This document shows positions 24,490 to 38,193 of a stretch of 64,000 nucleotides of DNA, in pieces. The notes beneath the pieces are model-generated. The model saw only the letters and a program-made list of their open reading frames with translations, searched no databases and was not told where the DNA came from. Made by a program: the position numbers and the translations under genes. Position 1 is the stretch's first letter; the number at the start of each line of letters is the position of its first letter. This DNA is from Octopus sinensis (lineage: Eukaryota): NCBI RefSeq assembly GCF_006345805.1, contig NC_043010.1, positions 14,198,001 to 14,262,000 on the forward strand, read 5' to 3'.

Positions 24490-24676
24490 GCATTCTGCAC
24501 TGATTTAAAAATTTCGCTGAGTTTCTGGACAGTGACAATCAACAACCATCACTTTCCACAGCTCAGCAAATGTTGAAAGATAAGTGAAATGAAAAGGTTC
24601 CCTACTTGGAAAACACAGTTATGAGGGATCAACAGGAGGTGCATGCATCCGACAATGCTTCAACTGTACGTATTTT

Positions 24677-25453
24677 GGATCTTTTCACTTTGACTGGCAG
24701 ATTTTAAAAATAATTTCTAGGTAACTAAAAAATTTAAAACTTTGTATACTGGTAGAATGTGTTTATAAAACATTTTTTTCTCTTGGCGTTCTTGAGAAAA
24801 TTCTGTAGTTTGTAACATATTTGTTGTTTAATTTCTTGCATTTCGGCAATTTCAACCAATCAATGACGTCTATTGAGGTGAATACAATTTCTGCCGTAGT
24901 TTGTTAACAACATTTTCTGGCAGTGTCATACCAATGTGTCAGTGTTATTTATGGGTTGGGGTTAGGGGTGGGGGAAGGGTATATTTTTTTCTTCAGAAAT
25001 GTAAATAAACCCAATCTGTTTCTTAAACGAATATATAATATGTAATGTGTGTATCTGTGCAACAGAGAGGGAAATCAAAACTGCATATGTTGTGAACTTA
25101 GAATATGTGTTCATTAATAAAATTTGAATAACGATAATCTTTTATTCATACGAACATAACTGATATGAAATATGTCATAAATAACTCTGACACATTGATA
25201 TGACACCGCCAGATAATGTTGTTGACAAACTACGGCAGAAATTGCATTCACCTCAATAGACGTCATTGATTGGTTGAAATTGCCGAAATGCAAGAAATTA
25301 AACAACAAATAGCCTACAAACTACAGAATTTTCTCAAGAAAGCCAAGAGAAAAAGATGTTTTATGTAACACATTCTACCAGTATGCGAAGTTTTAAAGTG
25401 TTTAGTTACAAAGAAATTATTTTTAAAATCTGCCGGTCAAAGTGAAAAGATCC
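24677..25453. mobile_element. MITE family D palindromic variant (two inverted left arms)
   Basis: TSD CGTATTTT at 24669-24676 and 25454-25461. Confidence 0.78.
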
Positions 25454-25627
25454 CGTATTTTTATAACCCATATTAGTTAAGAAAAATGGCATAGAATGAA
25501 CAAATGAATGAAATACTCCTACTGTGATGACACTGACATCATCACTGTTACTGTCATCATCATCAGCATCATTTAATGTGCATTTTTCATGCTGGCATAG
25601 GTTCAATGGTTTGGCAAGATCCAATGA

Positions 25628-26038
25628 GGATCTTTTCGGTTTGAACGGCAGTTTTTTTCTAGCGGTGTCATATTAAATTGTCACCCATAATTATGACCCT
25701 AGAATCAATCTATTGCATTTCAATCTGTTTTAGGGTTAGGAGTGGTGAGAAGGGTATCTTTTTTTCTTCAGAAATGTAAATAAACCCAATCTGTTTCTTA
25801 AATGAGGGACATATTCATACGGCACAGAATGTTTTTTTACCTCAATGGATGTCATTGATTGGTTGAAATTGCAGAAATTGAAAAAAAAACAACAAATATC
25901 TTACAAATCATAGAATTTTCTCAATAAAGCCAAAAGAAAAAGATGTTTTATAAACACATTCTACCAGTATACGAAGTTTAAAATTTTTTAGTTACCTAGA
26001 AATTATGTTAAAAATTACCGTTCAAACGGAAGAGATCC
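25628..26038 (-). mobile_element. MITE family D copy (a further end-truncated copy at 26600-26995)
   Basis: TSD TCCAATG(A/G). Confidence 0.78.
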
Positions 26039-26209
26039 TCCAATGGACCACAGAACTGCATCAAGCCCCAGTATGTGCTTTGGCATGGTTTCTACAGTTG
26101 GATGCCATTCCTAATGCTGGTAGTGATGATGATGATGATGATGATGATGACGATGATGATGATGACGATCATGATAGTGACATAACAAAGAAACCAATTT
26201 ACAACTTAC

Positions 26210-26326
26210 TTTTCCTTTACCAACTTCAATCAGAGTCTGGACGTTTGTGATGATGTTCTTCCGGGCCTCCTGGTCCCTAATTAGGGGTCCATACTGAATC
26301 TCAAAATGTATACCACGTTCATAAGC
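26210..26326 (-). CDS. RPP30: RPP30 exon (117 nt)
   Basis: AYERGIHFEIQYGPLIRDQEARKNIITNVQTLIEVGKGK versus human AIDRGLAFELVYSPAIKDSTMRRYTISSALNLMQICKGK. Canonical splice sites. Confidence 0.95.
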
Positions 26327-27229
26327 CTGATTGTTGCATAACAAAGGAAGGAAGGAAGGAAGGATGTGAACGATGCAGTTAACTAAACAATAGCATATAT
26401 ATAAATGAATGTAAGCTGCAAGCATGGTTGTGTGATCAAAAGTTTATTCTGCAATCATTTGCTTCTGGGTTCAATCTCAATGCACAGCAACAATTATTAT
26501 TGTATGTGCGAACCAGCATTCTTTCAGTAACAAATGATAATTGATGTCACATCTCAAAAGACAGCCACTAGATAACATTGACAAGTGTATTAATTGTCTG
26601 GCAGTTTTTTCTAGCGGTGTTATATGAAATTGTCACCCATAATTATGACCCTAGAATCGATCTATTGCATTTCAATCTGTTTTAGGGTTAGGGGTGGGGG
26701 GAAAGGTATTTTTTTTCTTCACAAATATAAATAAACCCAATCTGTTTCTTAAACGAGGGACATATTCATACGGCACAGAATGTTTTTTTTATCTCAATAG
26801 ACGTCACTGATCGGTTGAAATTGCAGAAATTGAAGAAAAAAAAAACAACAAATATCTTACAAACTATAGAATTTTCTCAATAAAGCCAAGAGAAAAAGAT
26901 GTTTTATAAACACATTCTACCAGTATACGAAGTTTAAAAGTGTTCAGTTACGTGGAAATTATTTTAAAAAACTGCCATTCAAACCGAAAAGATCCCACAT
27001 GTGTATATGTGATCACATGATCACGTCATCGAAATCTTGAAGCTATGCGATAATGTTCGATTAATTCAAAGTAATGTGAATAAATAAGCATGGCTTTTGA
27101 CAGAATAATCTGAATGCTAAAGGGAATGAAGGAACTACAACAACAAGAAGACAAAAAAAAACAAATGCAGAGACAGAAGAGGATTTGTGGGAGACGTCAA
27201 ACTGTGTCACATAGTATTAGTCCACTTAC

Positions 27230-27319
27230 TGCGTGTAATGACGGGTATTTCACATTGAAAGGAAGAGGCTCGGATAAATCCAGGGAGATGATGTCAACCT
27301 CCAATGTTTGACAGGCCAT
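27230..27319 (-). CDS. RPP30: RPP30 exon (90 nt)
   Basis: MACQTLEVDIISLDLSEPLPFNVKYPSLHA versus human IACTHLDVDLVCITVTEKLPFYFKRPPINV. Canonical splice sites. Confidence 0.95.
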
Positions 27320-27577
27320 CTGTGAAAAAGCAAGAAAAAAGGGAAAAAATGTAAATTACATGGTTATTCGCTTTTACTCTTTTGTTTCAGCCATTTGACT
27401 GTGGCCATGCTGGAGCACCGCCTTTAGTCGAGCAAATCGACCCCAGGACTTATTCTTTGTAAGCCCAGTACTTATTCTATCGGTCTCTTTTGCTGAACCA
27501 CTAAGTTACGGGGATGTAAACACACCAGCATCGGTTGGGGAACAAACAAAGACACACAAACATATACACACACATAC

Positions 27578-27638
<61 letters not shown>

Positions 27639-28591
27639 TATGACGGGCTTCTTTTCAGTTTCCGTCTATCAAATCCACTCACAAGACTTTGGTCAGCCCG
27701 AGGCTATAGTAGAAGACGTTTGCCCAAGGTGCCACGCAGTGGGACTGAACCCGGAACTATGTGGTTCGTAAGCAAGCTACTTACCACACAGCCACTCCTA
27801 CGCCTATGTATAAAATTATAAACAATTCTACATATTTTTCTTCCAATTTTTTTCCCCAATTAACTGGTTTCAGTTAATGAATTATGGTTTTCTAAATTGC
27901 GGAATATAGTCAATCATAATAACTGCCCATCGCAACCTAACTCCTAAGACTTAGCACAGTCAGGCAGTTAGTTTATCAGTCTGTATATTGAATAAATGGA
28001 TAGTACCACTTGACATAAAGGGATGCAACTTAATATACTTGCTTTACACCAATATTCAGAAATGCAAACACACAAACACATTATGGGTATTAACACATAT
28101 TCTTTCGATTGAATTTCACTTTCAAACTCACAAGTTATTGACCATTCTGAAGGAACAACAAAACATCCAGACAGATGATACAAAAGAGGGACAAGAAAAA
28201 ACACAGACGGGTCATTCGGAGTTTTTTTTCCTCAGTCAAGTTCCAGATTATCTTTGCAATTTCAGCTGGTTATACTCGAGATTGCTCCAATCTGGCCAGC
28301 CCCAAGGAAAAACTAAGCTAAGAGCATCAGATTCCTTGGAAGAAAGCAGCGAATATATACAAAAATAAGGACAGAAAAAAACCCCGGAGAAATGGTACAC
28401 AAATACAAATGAAAATAACAGGACCATTAACAACAGGTGTCTTTCGACTAAGGACGAATTAAATTAAGCTGGTGTGTGTGAAAGTGAAGCTTTATGGTAG
28501 GGACATAAGAGATAACAGGCATAGGGGAGGAATATAGATGTTGCATGGATGATAGTCAAACCAAGAAAGAAAGGTCAGGCTTGGCCAAACA

Positions 28592-30129
28592 CTGGGTACG
28601 TAAGGTATTTGAGGACATACCTTTTTGGGGTCATTGCTGTATTTTTTGCTAACTCTGTATAATCTTTGTTTTAGAAAATAATAATGGCAGGCCCTCAGCT
28701 TATTCAAGAAACGAAGAGGCATGCTGTTATTGTGGTTATAAAGGCTGAGCATAGCAATTTAGAAATATCTCGATTTTTAAAAGTTGCCAGATCTTTCATC
28801 TACAAAGTTTTTGAGGAGCTAAAGACAGAAGATGGAAATGTATCACCAGTATCAGAGTATAAAAAGCATTCTAAATGCTCTGAAATCATCAGAGCACCTG
28901 AATTTATCCCGAAAGTTCAACAGACTGTTGATTACAATCCCAGAAAGTCCATGAGGTCAATTGCAAAAGATTTCCATATGTCAGAAAGAATAGTCAGAAA
29001 TGTTATCCATGAAGACACCAGATATAAATAATCTTTATATGATGAGGTTAATTTGTCAGGAAGAGCAAAAGAAAATCACTACATCTTATCAAAAAGGCTC
29101 TTAAACAAGCTGAAAAATCCAGCAGAATATTTGATATGGTTTTTCTCAAACAACACTGAACACCTTTTTGATCTCCATGTGTCTAACACACGTGGACATG
29201 CCTACAAAGTCAGAAAACAGCACAGCTCCCATGACTTTCGGAAACATTTTTTCACGCTCAGGGTTGCTGAAGCGTGGAATAAACTGCCTGCATCAGTTGT
29301 TGACTGCCATGACACTGCATCCTTTAAGGCCCTCATGCTTCCCGAAATCCGTCGAAACTACACCTGATTATATATACACTTTAGATGAGTTGTAGTGCAC
29401 CTGAGCACTGTACACAATTATTATTATTATTATATAAGAAAAATTTCAACCAAGATGAAAAAGTTAGCAGAAGAAATGACAGATGGTTATGTGCAGACCC
29501 TTCAGAAGTTCCAAGTGTTATGCGTACAAAATTCCCTGCAACTGTCATGGTTTTAAGGGTTGTCGGCAATGAAGGAGATGTGATGCCTCTTTACTTCTTT
29601 CTACAAGGCCTTAGAGTTAACTCTGCCACCTACATTGAGGTTCTAGAAATAATTGTTAAGCCTTGGATAGACAGTGTATGCAATGGAAGGCCATATGTGT
29701 TTCAGTAAAACTCTGCACTATCACACATGGCTCTAGTAACACAGGAATGGATGGCTGAAAATGTTCATGATCACACAACTCCTAACATTTGGCCTCCTAA
29801 TTCCCCAAATCTCAATCCATTGGACTATTACACATGTGGAGCGTTGTTGAGTGAGAAGTCAATGAACACCTCCATAACACCAAAGATTCTTTGAAAGCTG
29901 CCATAGTCAGAGTAATGACCAAAATGAACCAGGAACATCTGATTCGAGCATGTAGATGATTTAGATCTCATATTTGTTGAAGCTGAAGGTGGCTTTATGG
30001 AATAACATATAGAAAGGAAGGTTTATTTTTATCTTTATAGTATTTTTTGATAAATAAAGTTATCGTCAGTTATTACACATCTACTTTTTTATAAACATAA
30101 ATCTGTCCTTAAATACTTTATGCACCCAG
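28592..30129 (+). mobile_element. Tc1/mariner maT-type (DD37D) transposon, inactive, interrupted by a CR1 tail
   Basis: ~26-bp imperfect TIRs. HTH-type N-terminal ORF at 28684-29031. FQ*NSA...WPPNSPNLNPLDY with 37 residues between the second (mutated to N) and third catalytic positions. Confidence 0.88.
29150..29432 (+). mobile_element. CR1-type LINE 3' end with (TTA)n tail
   Basis: NTRGHAYKVRKQHSSHDFRKHFFTLRVAEAWNKLPASVV motif. Same family at 46490-46590, 60870-61245 and 63703-63895. Confidence 0.88.
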
Positions 30130-30500
30130 TATATATATATATATATATATATATATCTAACCCTCCTTCTTCCCTTCCTTCCTGAGCGTCCAATAATACT
30201 GTATTTGTTCCACGTCCTTGCGTTGTGTTTTCTCTTTGTGTTTTCATGTTTGGATTAACTTTATATATATATATATATATTATATGGCTGTGTAGTTTCT
30301 GATTTGGCTTAGTTTCTGTGGCTGGATGCCCTTCCTAAAACCAATCACTTTCCAGTGTGTGCTGGGTGCTTTTAACATGGTACCAGCACTGGACTCTTGC
30401 AGGCCAATCCTCTTCAGCAGGGTGTGTGGCCTGAACACTTCTGCTGTGCAGAATGGGTCATACATACATACACACACACATAATACATACCTACATACCT

Positions 30501-30535
<35 letters not shown>

Positions 30536-30763
30536 CATACATATATATTACATAGATATAAATAATAAAGATGGCTTGTTAGCAATTTTTCAATCAAAAG
30601 GCAAAAATATATCTCACCAAAGTGACTAAGGGTGCTAGTTAGCCCTGTGCTGAGGGAGCTTGCCTCCCTTGTCAGTCATTAAGATAGTGCTTATCATGGC
30701 TATGAGTGAGTTGTTTTGACTCATATTTCTAGCAATACTGGTGCTAACTAGTGCCCTTAGTTG

Positions 30764-30814
<51 letters not shown>

Positions 30815-30939
30815 CATACATACATACATACATACCATCATATCGATGTCTACTTTTCCATCTTAAAATTATTTTAGCATTTTCTACCTTGTCTTATTTT
30901 CCTTATACATATCAACTTCTGTGTTACTTTTCAACCTTC

Positions 30940-31029
<90 letters not shown>

Positions 31030-31574
31030 TCAGCAAAATTTAGATTCAAATGAATATGGTACTTAAGTCAGATGCACCAGAATTTTGTACGGTGTTGTCC
31101 ATATAAATCCATGGGGTGATTATAATCAAAATAAGCAAATGAATGGTCTCCATTCAACAGAATATCCCTCCCCACTTTCTAGCAGTTCAAAATAACTTAC
31201 AAAAAATTCTTCAGTCAGAAGATAAATTCTAATACCTTAATGTTCTTAACCTTCAAATCAACATCTCTGTCTATATATCTACCCTCTTTATAATGTTATC
31301 AATTAACATGAAAATAAGTATATGTATTGATGGAAAACCTCTATAAATGGCTGATGATTGCTCAACATTTTAAAACCGTTGTAATACTTACAATGTTTAA
31401 TAAAATGATGTAGCGTGAAACGATTGTACCAAATTACCGAAGATATTCTTGTTGCTTATTTTGATTATATATATGTGGGACTCAACACATTCAGTAGGAA
31501 TTACATGCATCATTTATTTAATAACAGTTTGACTCAGCTCCATGTAACTTAATTGTTGATAGGCTCATAGAACT

Positions 31575-31890
31575 ATACTTGTGGGAGGGCTGAGGGAAGC
31601 CAACAAAGCTGCATAGAACTAAGCATCGGTTGCGGGGTCACTCCGAAAAGCTCTACCTGCAACAATTTCATCTCAATCGAAGGAGAGGGGCTTTCTCCGT
31701 CCGGGTTGCGGATCCATGGAATAAGCTGCCGGATGAGATAGTGAAGATGCCGACAACCGCTCGGTTCAAAGTCTCCCTTGACCACAAGTGGCCTGAACTC
31801 TTTACATGAACACCACCCTGTACATAACTCCATGTCCCCCTACATGGCCTTGCTGTTTGCTTTTTGAGCCAAAAATTAACTAACTAACAA
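31575..31890 (+). mobile_element. CR1-type LINE 3' end (different subfamily)
   Basis: RGHSEKLYLQQFHLNRRRGAFSVRVADPWNKLPDEIV...FKVSLD. Confidence 0.8.
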
Positions 31891-33376
31891 AGTCAAAATG
31901 TTATTAAATAATGCATGCGCACACACACACACACATTAACCCATTCAGCCAAATCCAGCCCAAATATTCTGTTTTATGTTTGAAGTGGTCAGATCCAGCT
32001 TCTCACACCGATCCTACAAAGTCATTCTAAAGATAAACAATCGCATCATTGAAATCTTGAAGCTATGAGATAATGAATGATTAACTCAAAACAAAGTGAA
32101 TGAATAAGCATTACGTTTGAGAGAGTAATATCAACACTAAAGGGTTAATCGACTGTGAATTTACATAAATGACCCCAAGGACCAAAAAATTTCATGCATT
32201 GAATTTATCAATATTATACATACATATCATTAACCCTTTCATTACCTTATTTCTGTTGAGATACTCTGTGTTTCTTTCAATTAATTTTAAATATAACGAA
32301 GAATTATTAAAATAATGTAGTCATCATTAAGCTAGTGTTCAGAACACAAATTGTGACTAAGATTTGGTGGAAGATTTTAATTCAGATCTTTTGAAAACAA
32401 GACATTTGTATTACAGAGCCAGAGGTGGTTTCAGGCGGGTTGGTATCAAAAGGGTTAACAATACATGTACATACACAAGTTCACATTAACAACATACATT
32501 ATTAATAACACACACATACACACATATATAAATAATATATAAACACAATATCAATGGTACGCACACATTATTAACAATACATATAATATATATACATATG
32601 TGTCTTCTGCTATAGCCCCGGGCCGACCAATGCCTTGTGAGTGGATTTGGTAAATGGAAACTGAAAGAAGCCTGTCGTATATATGTATATATATATATGT
32701 ATGTGTGTGTATGTGTTTGTTTGTCTGTGTTTGTCCCCCTAGCATTGCTTGACAACCGATGCTGGTGTGTTTACATCTCCGTCACTTAGCGGTTCGGCAA
32801 AAAAAGACCGATAGAATAAGTACTGGGCTTACAAAGAATAAGTCCCGGGGTCGATTTGCTCGACTAAAGGCGGTGCTCCAGCATGGCCGCAGTCAAATGA
32901 CTGAAACAAGTAAAAGAGTAAAAAGAGATATATACATATTCCAAGAAATGAGAGAAAAATCAAAAAAACAAATAATGTCGCGAAAGAATTGCAAATGAGT
33001 GTTAATGTCAAGTCGGAGCTGCTCCGAAGCATATGACATGGCAGAGCTGTTTATGACATCATAACTATGTATAAGAACAACAGAAGCAACAGCAGCAACA
33101 ACAACAACAATTAACAAGAACAGCAACAACAAACTTAACACCAACAAAAACAGGCCAAATCTCTTTTCTCTTTAGCAATAATTGTTTCCCTTTCCTGCTG
33201 TTGCCCTGCTGTTCTTCTTGTAGTGAAAAACTGTTCAGTCGAAAGATTTTTTCCAGCACGTGCCCTGCACTTTCTTTCTCCCTCCCTCGCATGCACACGT
33301 GCATATACACACACACACACGCACGCACACATACACACGTATATTCTCTCACTCTCTTTCCTTCTTTGATAATCTA

Positions 33377-33921
33377 ATGGAGAACTTTCTTACCTGGAGT
33401 ATTGCACAGGTAGACACAACTTCTTTCACCTCCCCACACAAGTCCCAGCAGTGTGACGACAACAACAACAATAACAACAACAACATCAACAACAACAACT
33501 ACGACAGCTACAGCAAAAATAAGGACAGCGAAGACAACGCACTGGAGATTCGATTATCGGCAATCTGTGCTGGAATCTTACTTCTAGTTACAATCTTCTT
33601 GACCACTGTCGTCTACGTGTCGAATATGTTCAACAATGCGGGGCTAGCTCTGTGGGAGGGCTGGGGAAACCCAACGACAAAGACAAAACGAGAGAAGGCT
33701 CGATGCTGGTGCGATGTCATAGCTCGGGCCCTGCTGGCTCCCAAGACGGAGAAGGTGACACCAAGAGAAAGTTCAAACCCTGTGAGTTGTGGTGAAAATG
33801 ATGTGACCGACAGCAGAAGCAGCAACAGTAAGGTAGAACGATCTCTTATTATCAGAAAGCAAAATGATAAATTACTGACCAAGAAGAAATACCAAGAATT
33901 AAGGATTGTCATTGACTTTCG
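33377..33921 (+). CDS. Nested unknown gene, exon A (poly-Asn, predicted TM helix aa ~60-82)
   Basis: 181-codon open frame in non-TE sequence with hydrophobic LSAICAGILLLVTIFLTTVVYVS. Donor cg|gtgaga at 33922 (phase 2). The start codon is uncertain. Confidence 0.6.
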
Positions 33922-34997
33922 GTGAGATTCTGTTGAGATTTTTTCCTCTTCTCTATTTTAGCCTCCCATCAAATATTTTAAATGTAGCACCACCGTTTGA
34001 ATTTTGTATGTTCTTCCATCATCTGCCCACACACATTTAGGCCATAATGTTGCATTCTATGAAACCCCAGGTCAGCACTGACCAAACAGATCTGTAACCG
34101 AAAAACATTCAAGGAGTAAGCTTATTTTCTTTTCCCCCTCTGTACTAGATTATCCTGGATAACAACATTATCCAATTTGTCCTTATGTTAAGATGGTATG
34201 GTCTGGTTTGAGGGAGATTTAGCTGTGATTTTTTGAAAACTGAGCAACTGTATTCAGTATGTTCTTTCATCTTTCTGAACACATTTTAGGTCACAATGTT
34301 GCATTCCATGAAACCCAAGGGATGAGTGTAATTTCTTTTCCCCCTCTGTACTAGAGTATCCTAGACAACATTATCCAATTTGTCCTTATGTTAAGATGAT
34401 ATGGTCTGATTTGAGGGTGATTTAGCTGTGATTTTTTTTTTAAATGGAGCAAATGTATTCAGTATGTTCTTCCAAATTTCTGAACACAATTTTAGGTCAC
34501 AATGTTGCATTCCATGAAACCCAAGGTTAGCCGTAACCAAGCAGATCTACGACCAAAAACATTCAAGGGATGAGTGTACTTTCTTCTCCCCGCTTTGTAC
34601 TAGAGTATCCTAGACAACAGCATTATCCAAATTGTCCCAATTTTAAGATAGTAGGGTCTGATTTGAGGGAGATTTAATTGCGATTTTTTGCACATGGAGC
34701 AACTGTATAGATCTGGCATGGGTAACCTTTTTCAAGAAGTGGGCTGCACGAGACGTGGGTCATCATCAGGTGAACCACACAACTAAGAGAACTGAAAGAA
34801 CTATTTTGTAAGGCATTGCCATTCAGAAGTCCCCGCCTCAAACTGCAAGCTGCTCATGAGAGGCATAGAGACCCCACTTATTACTGTCTGTCTTGACATT
34901 GAAGTTTAGTCCCCAAGTCATTGCTGATCCAGTGGACCTGATCAACATTATTCCAGCTGACCCCATTCTGGACAGAATGGGCTCAGCTGGAATATTC

Positions 34998-35030
<33 letters not shown>

Positions 35031-37199
35031 TTAGCGTCCGCTTTCCATGCTAGCATGGATTGGACGGTTCAACTGGGGTCTGGGAAGCCAGAAGGCTGCA
35101 CCAGGCTCCAGTCTTATCTGGCAATGTTTCACCTGCACTGGTGCCAGGTGAGGCTGGCATCGGCCACGGTCGGATTGGTGCATTTTACGTGCCATCGGCA
35201 CGGAAGCCAGTCGAGGCAGCTCTGGCATCGGCCATGATTCGGATAGTGCTTTTTATGTATCTCCAGTCCAGGGGTCCTGGCATCTGCCGGGTGACAGTCA
35301 TAGGATTGGTTCAATTTCGATTTCACTTGCCCCGGATATGTTCAGCATAAATGCTAAAGGTTAAACTGTCTTATAATGGCAGGCAAGAGCCTCTATGTTA
35401 TTGCATGATGTGTTAGAAATAACAGGCATGGATATGTGATTGAGAAGTTCACAGGTGTAGGAGTGGCTGTGTGGTAAGTAGCTTGCTTACCAACCACATG
35501 GTTCCGGGTTCAGTCCCACTGCGTGGCATCTTGGGCAAGTGTCTTCTGCTAAAGCCCCGGGCCGACCAATGCCTTGTGAGTGGATTTGGTAGACGGAAAC
35601 TGAAAGAAGCCTGTCGTATATATGTATATATATGTATATGTATGTGTGTGTATATGTTTGTCCCCCTAGCATTGCTTGACAACCAATGCTGGTGTGTTTA
35701 CGTCCCCGTCACTTAGCGGTTCGGCAAAAGAGACCGATAGAATAAGTACTGGGCTTACAAAGAATAAGTCCTGGGCTTACAAAGAATAAGTCCTGGGGGT
35801 CGATTTGCTCGACTAAAGGCGGTGCTCCAGCATGGCCGCAGTCAAATGACTGAAACAAGTAAAAAAGAGGAAAAAACGAGAAAACCTATGATTTCAGGTT
35901 CAGTCCCTCTGCATGGCATCTTGGGGGAATGGTTTCTACTGTAGCCCCTTGTTGACCAAAGCTGTGTGATTGAATTTGACAGGGAGAAATTGAAAAGAAG
36001 CCTCTTTTACATGTGTTGAGGGAGGGTTTCTATCTACTTGTTATGACATTCTGTGCTAATTTTAAACTAAATTATTCAATGTGCTCTTCTTTCTAAGATA
36101 GTAAGGTGTGATTTGAAGGAGATTTGGCAACTGGCTCTGTCAGGTGGGTAGAGGTTTCAGCAGTGCAATAAGTTGCATGTCAGTCAATGTTTTAATTCTT
36201 TGACTTCAAGTCAGCTCCGAATAAGCAAGATTAAAGGCATTCCAACTATGGCCATTTCATCTTCATATCAGGCAGTATAAGCAAGGACTATGTTATCCAA
36301 TGTATCCCTTTTTTAAAACAAAAATTGTGTAATATGACAAGAGACATTTGGTCGTTATTTTTAGCGGGTCTTGTAATTTCAAACAGGCTCCATGATTGCT
36401 TCATAAAGGTCTGCTTTGATCAAAGGTGTTCCAACTCAGACCAATTCATCTGTTTTTAATAACCACAATATATCTAAGATATGTCAAAATCAAAATCGAA
36501 ACCGATCAACATCAATGGAAATTGTAGCTGTGATACCAGTGCCGGTGGTACGTAAAAAGAACCATCCGAACGTGGCCGTTGCCAGCGCCGCCTGACTGGC
36601 CTCAGTACCGGTGGCATGTAAAAAGCACCATCCGATCGTGGCCGTTTGCCAGCCTCGCCTGGCCCCCGTGCAAGTGGCACGTAAAAAGCTCCATCTGATC
36701 GTGGCTGTTTGCCAGCCTCGTCTGGCACCTGTGCCGCTGGCATGTAAAAAGCATCCACTACACTCACGGAGTGGTTGGCGTTAGGAAGGGCATCCAGGTG
36801 TAGAAACCTTGCCAGATCAGACTGGGCCTGGTGCAGCCTTCTGGCTTCCCAGACCCCAGTTGAACCGTCCAACCCATGCTAGCATGGAAAGCGGACGCTA
36901 AATGATGATGATGATGATTACAATATTGGACATGTACTTCTATTTTCTAAGATAGTAGGATAAATTTGAGGGAGATTTGGATCCAAGCAGCTCAAGTGAC
37001 TATCCCACACTGCTGTCCTCTATCTATTCTAATGTCTCATATATTCCATAGTTTTTCCATATAACAATATTCCTTATTTTGTTGTTGCTTGTTCTTTTAT
37101 AAAGAAGAATGTTTTGTTACAGACATAAGAATGGTACTTGTAAAAGACCTCAGTTCTGACTGAGCATATCTATGATGAAAATCATTATGACCTTGAGCA

Positions 37200-37395
37200 A
37201 TTTTCTCTCAAAACACTTAAACCTTGTCATACATGCACACTAATATCACACATCCAGCGAAGCATACTAGCTTCATTTCTTTCAAGTTTTCACATGTCGT
37301 CTGCAATCACAGCCAAGGTTTCACTGCTGTATAGCATGACTGCTTGCACACAGGCATCATACAATCTGCCTTTCACTCTGAGAGGCCCTTTGTTC
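37200..37395 (-). mobile_element. RTE-type LINE fragment
   Basis: RVKGRLYDACVQAVMLYSSETLA...KLERNEASMLRWMC. Confidence 0.75.
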
Positions 37396-37663
37396 CCAAT
37401 ATATATATATATTATTTCTTTACTACCACAAGGGGCTAAAGCAGAGAGGACAAACAAGGACAGACAAATGGATTAAGTCGATTATATCGACCCCCAGTGC
37501 ATAACTGGTACTTAATTTATCAACCCCGAAAGAATGAAAGGCAAAGTCGACCTCGGCGGAATTTGAAATCAGAACGTAGTGGCAGACGAAAAACCACTTA
37601 GCATTTCGCCCGGCATGCTAACGTTTCTGCCAGCTCGCCGCCTTATATATATATATATAGGCG

Positions 37664-37689
<26 letters not shown>

Positions 37690-37701
<12 letters not shown>

Positions 37702-38140
37702 AATAAAATAGAACATATGCATATATATAAACATATATGTACGTACCTACCTCTACATGTACATATACACGCATATATGTGTACAGGACACCAAAAAGAC
37801 GTCGAACACATAGAGAGACGAAAAACATAGACACAAACCAAGGAACAAGACAAGCAAAAAAAGAGGTACAGGACAATAAGCACAACGAAAAATCCCCTTC
37901 TTCAGTCGCTAAGGTTTCATCTACTAAACGTTTCGAATATATATATACCGGAGTAAACACATAAATGTGAAACAAGGTGGAAAAAAAGAGTACTCAAATA
38001 CCAGTGGTAGAGTAATATGCTTTATTTTAAGCAGCAGAAAATTCAACAAAATCTGTTACTCAGAGTTTCTCGTTGCCGTTGTCGGCAACGAGAAACTCAG
38101 AGTAACAGATTTTGTTGAATTTTCTGCTGCTTAAAATAAA

Positions 38141-38141
<1 letters not shown>
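37690..38141. mobile_element. (TA)n-embedded repeat ending in a 59-bp near-perfect hairpin (probably PLE pseudo-LTR)
   Basis: Arms 38020-38078/38083-38141, 4-nt loop, one mismatch. The 5' part has an inverted homologue at ~43945-44040. Confidence 0.55.
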
Positions 38142-38193
<52 letters not shown>

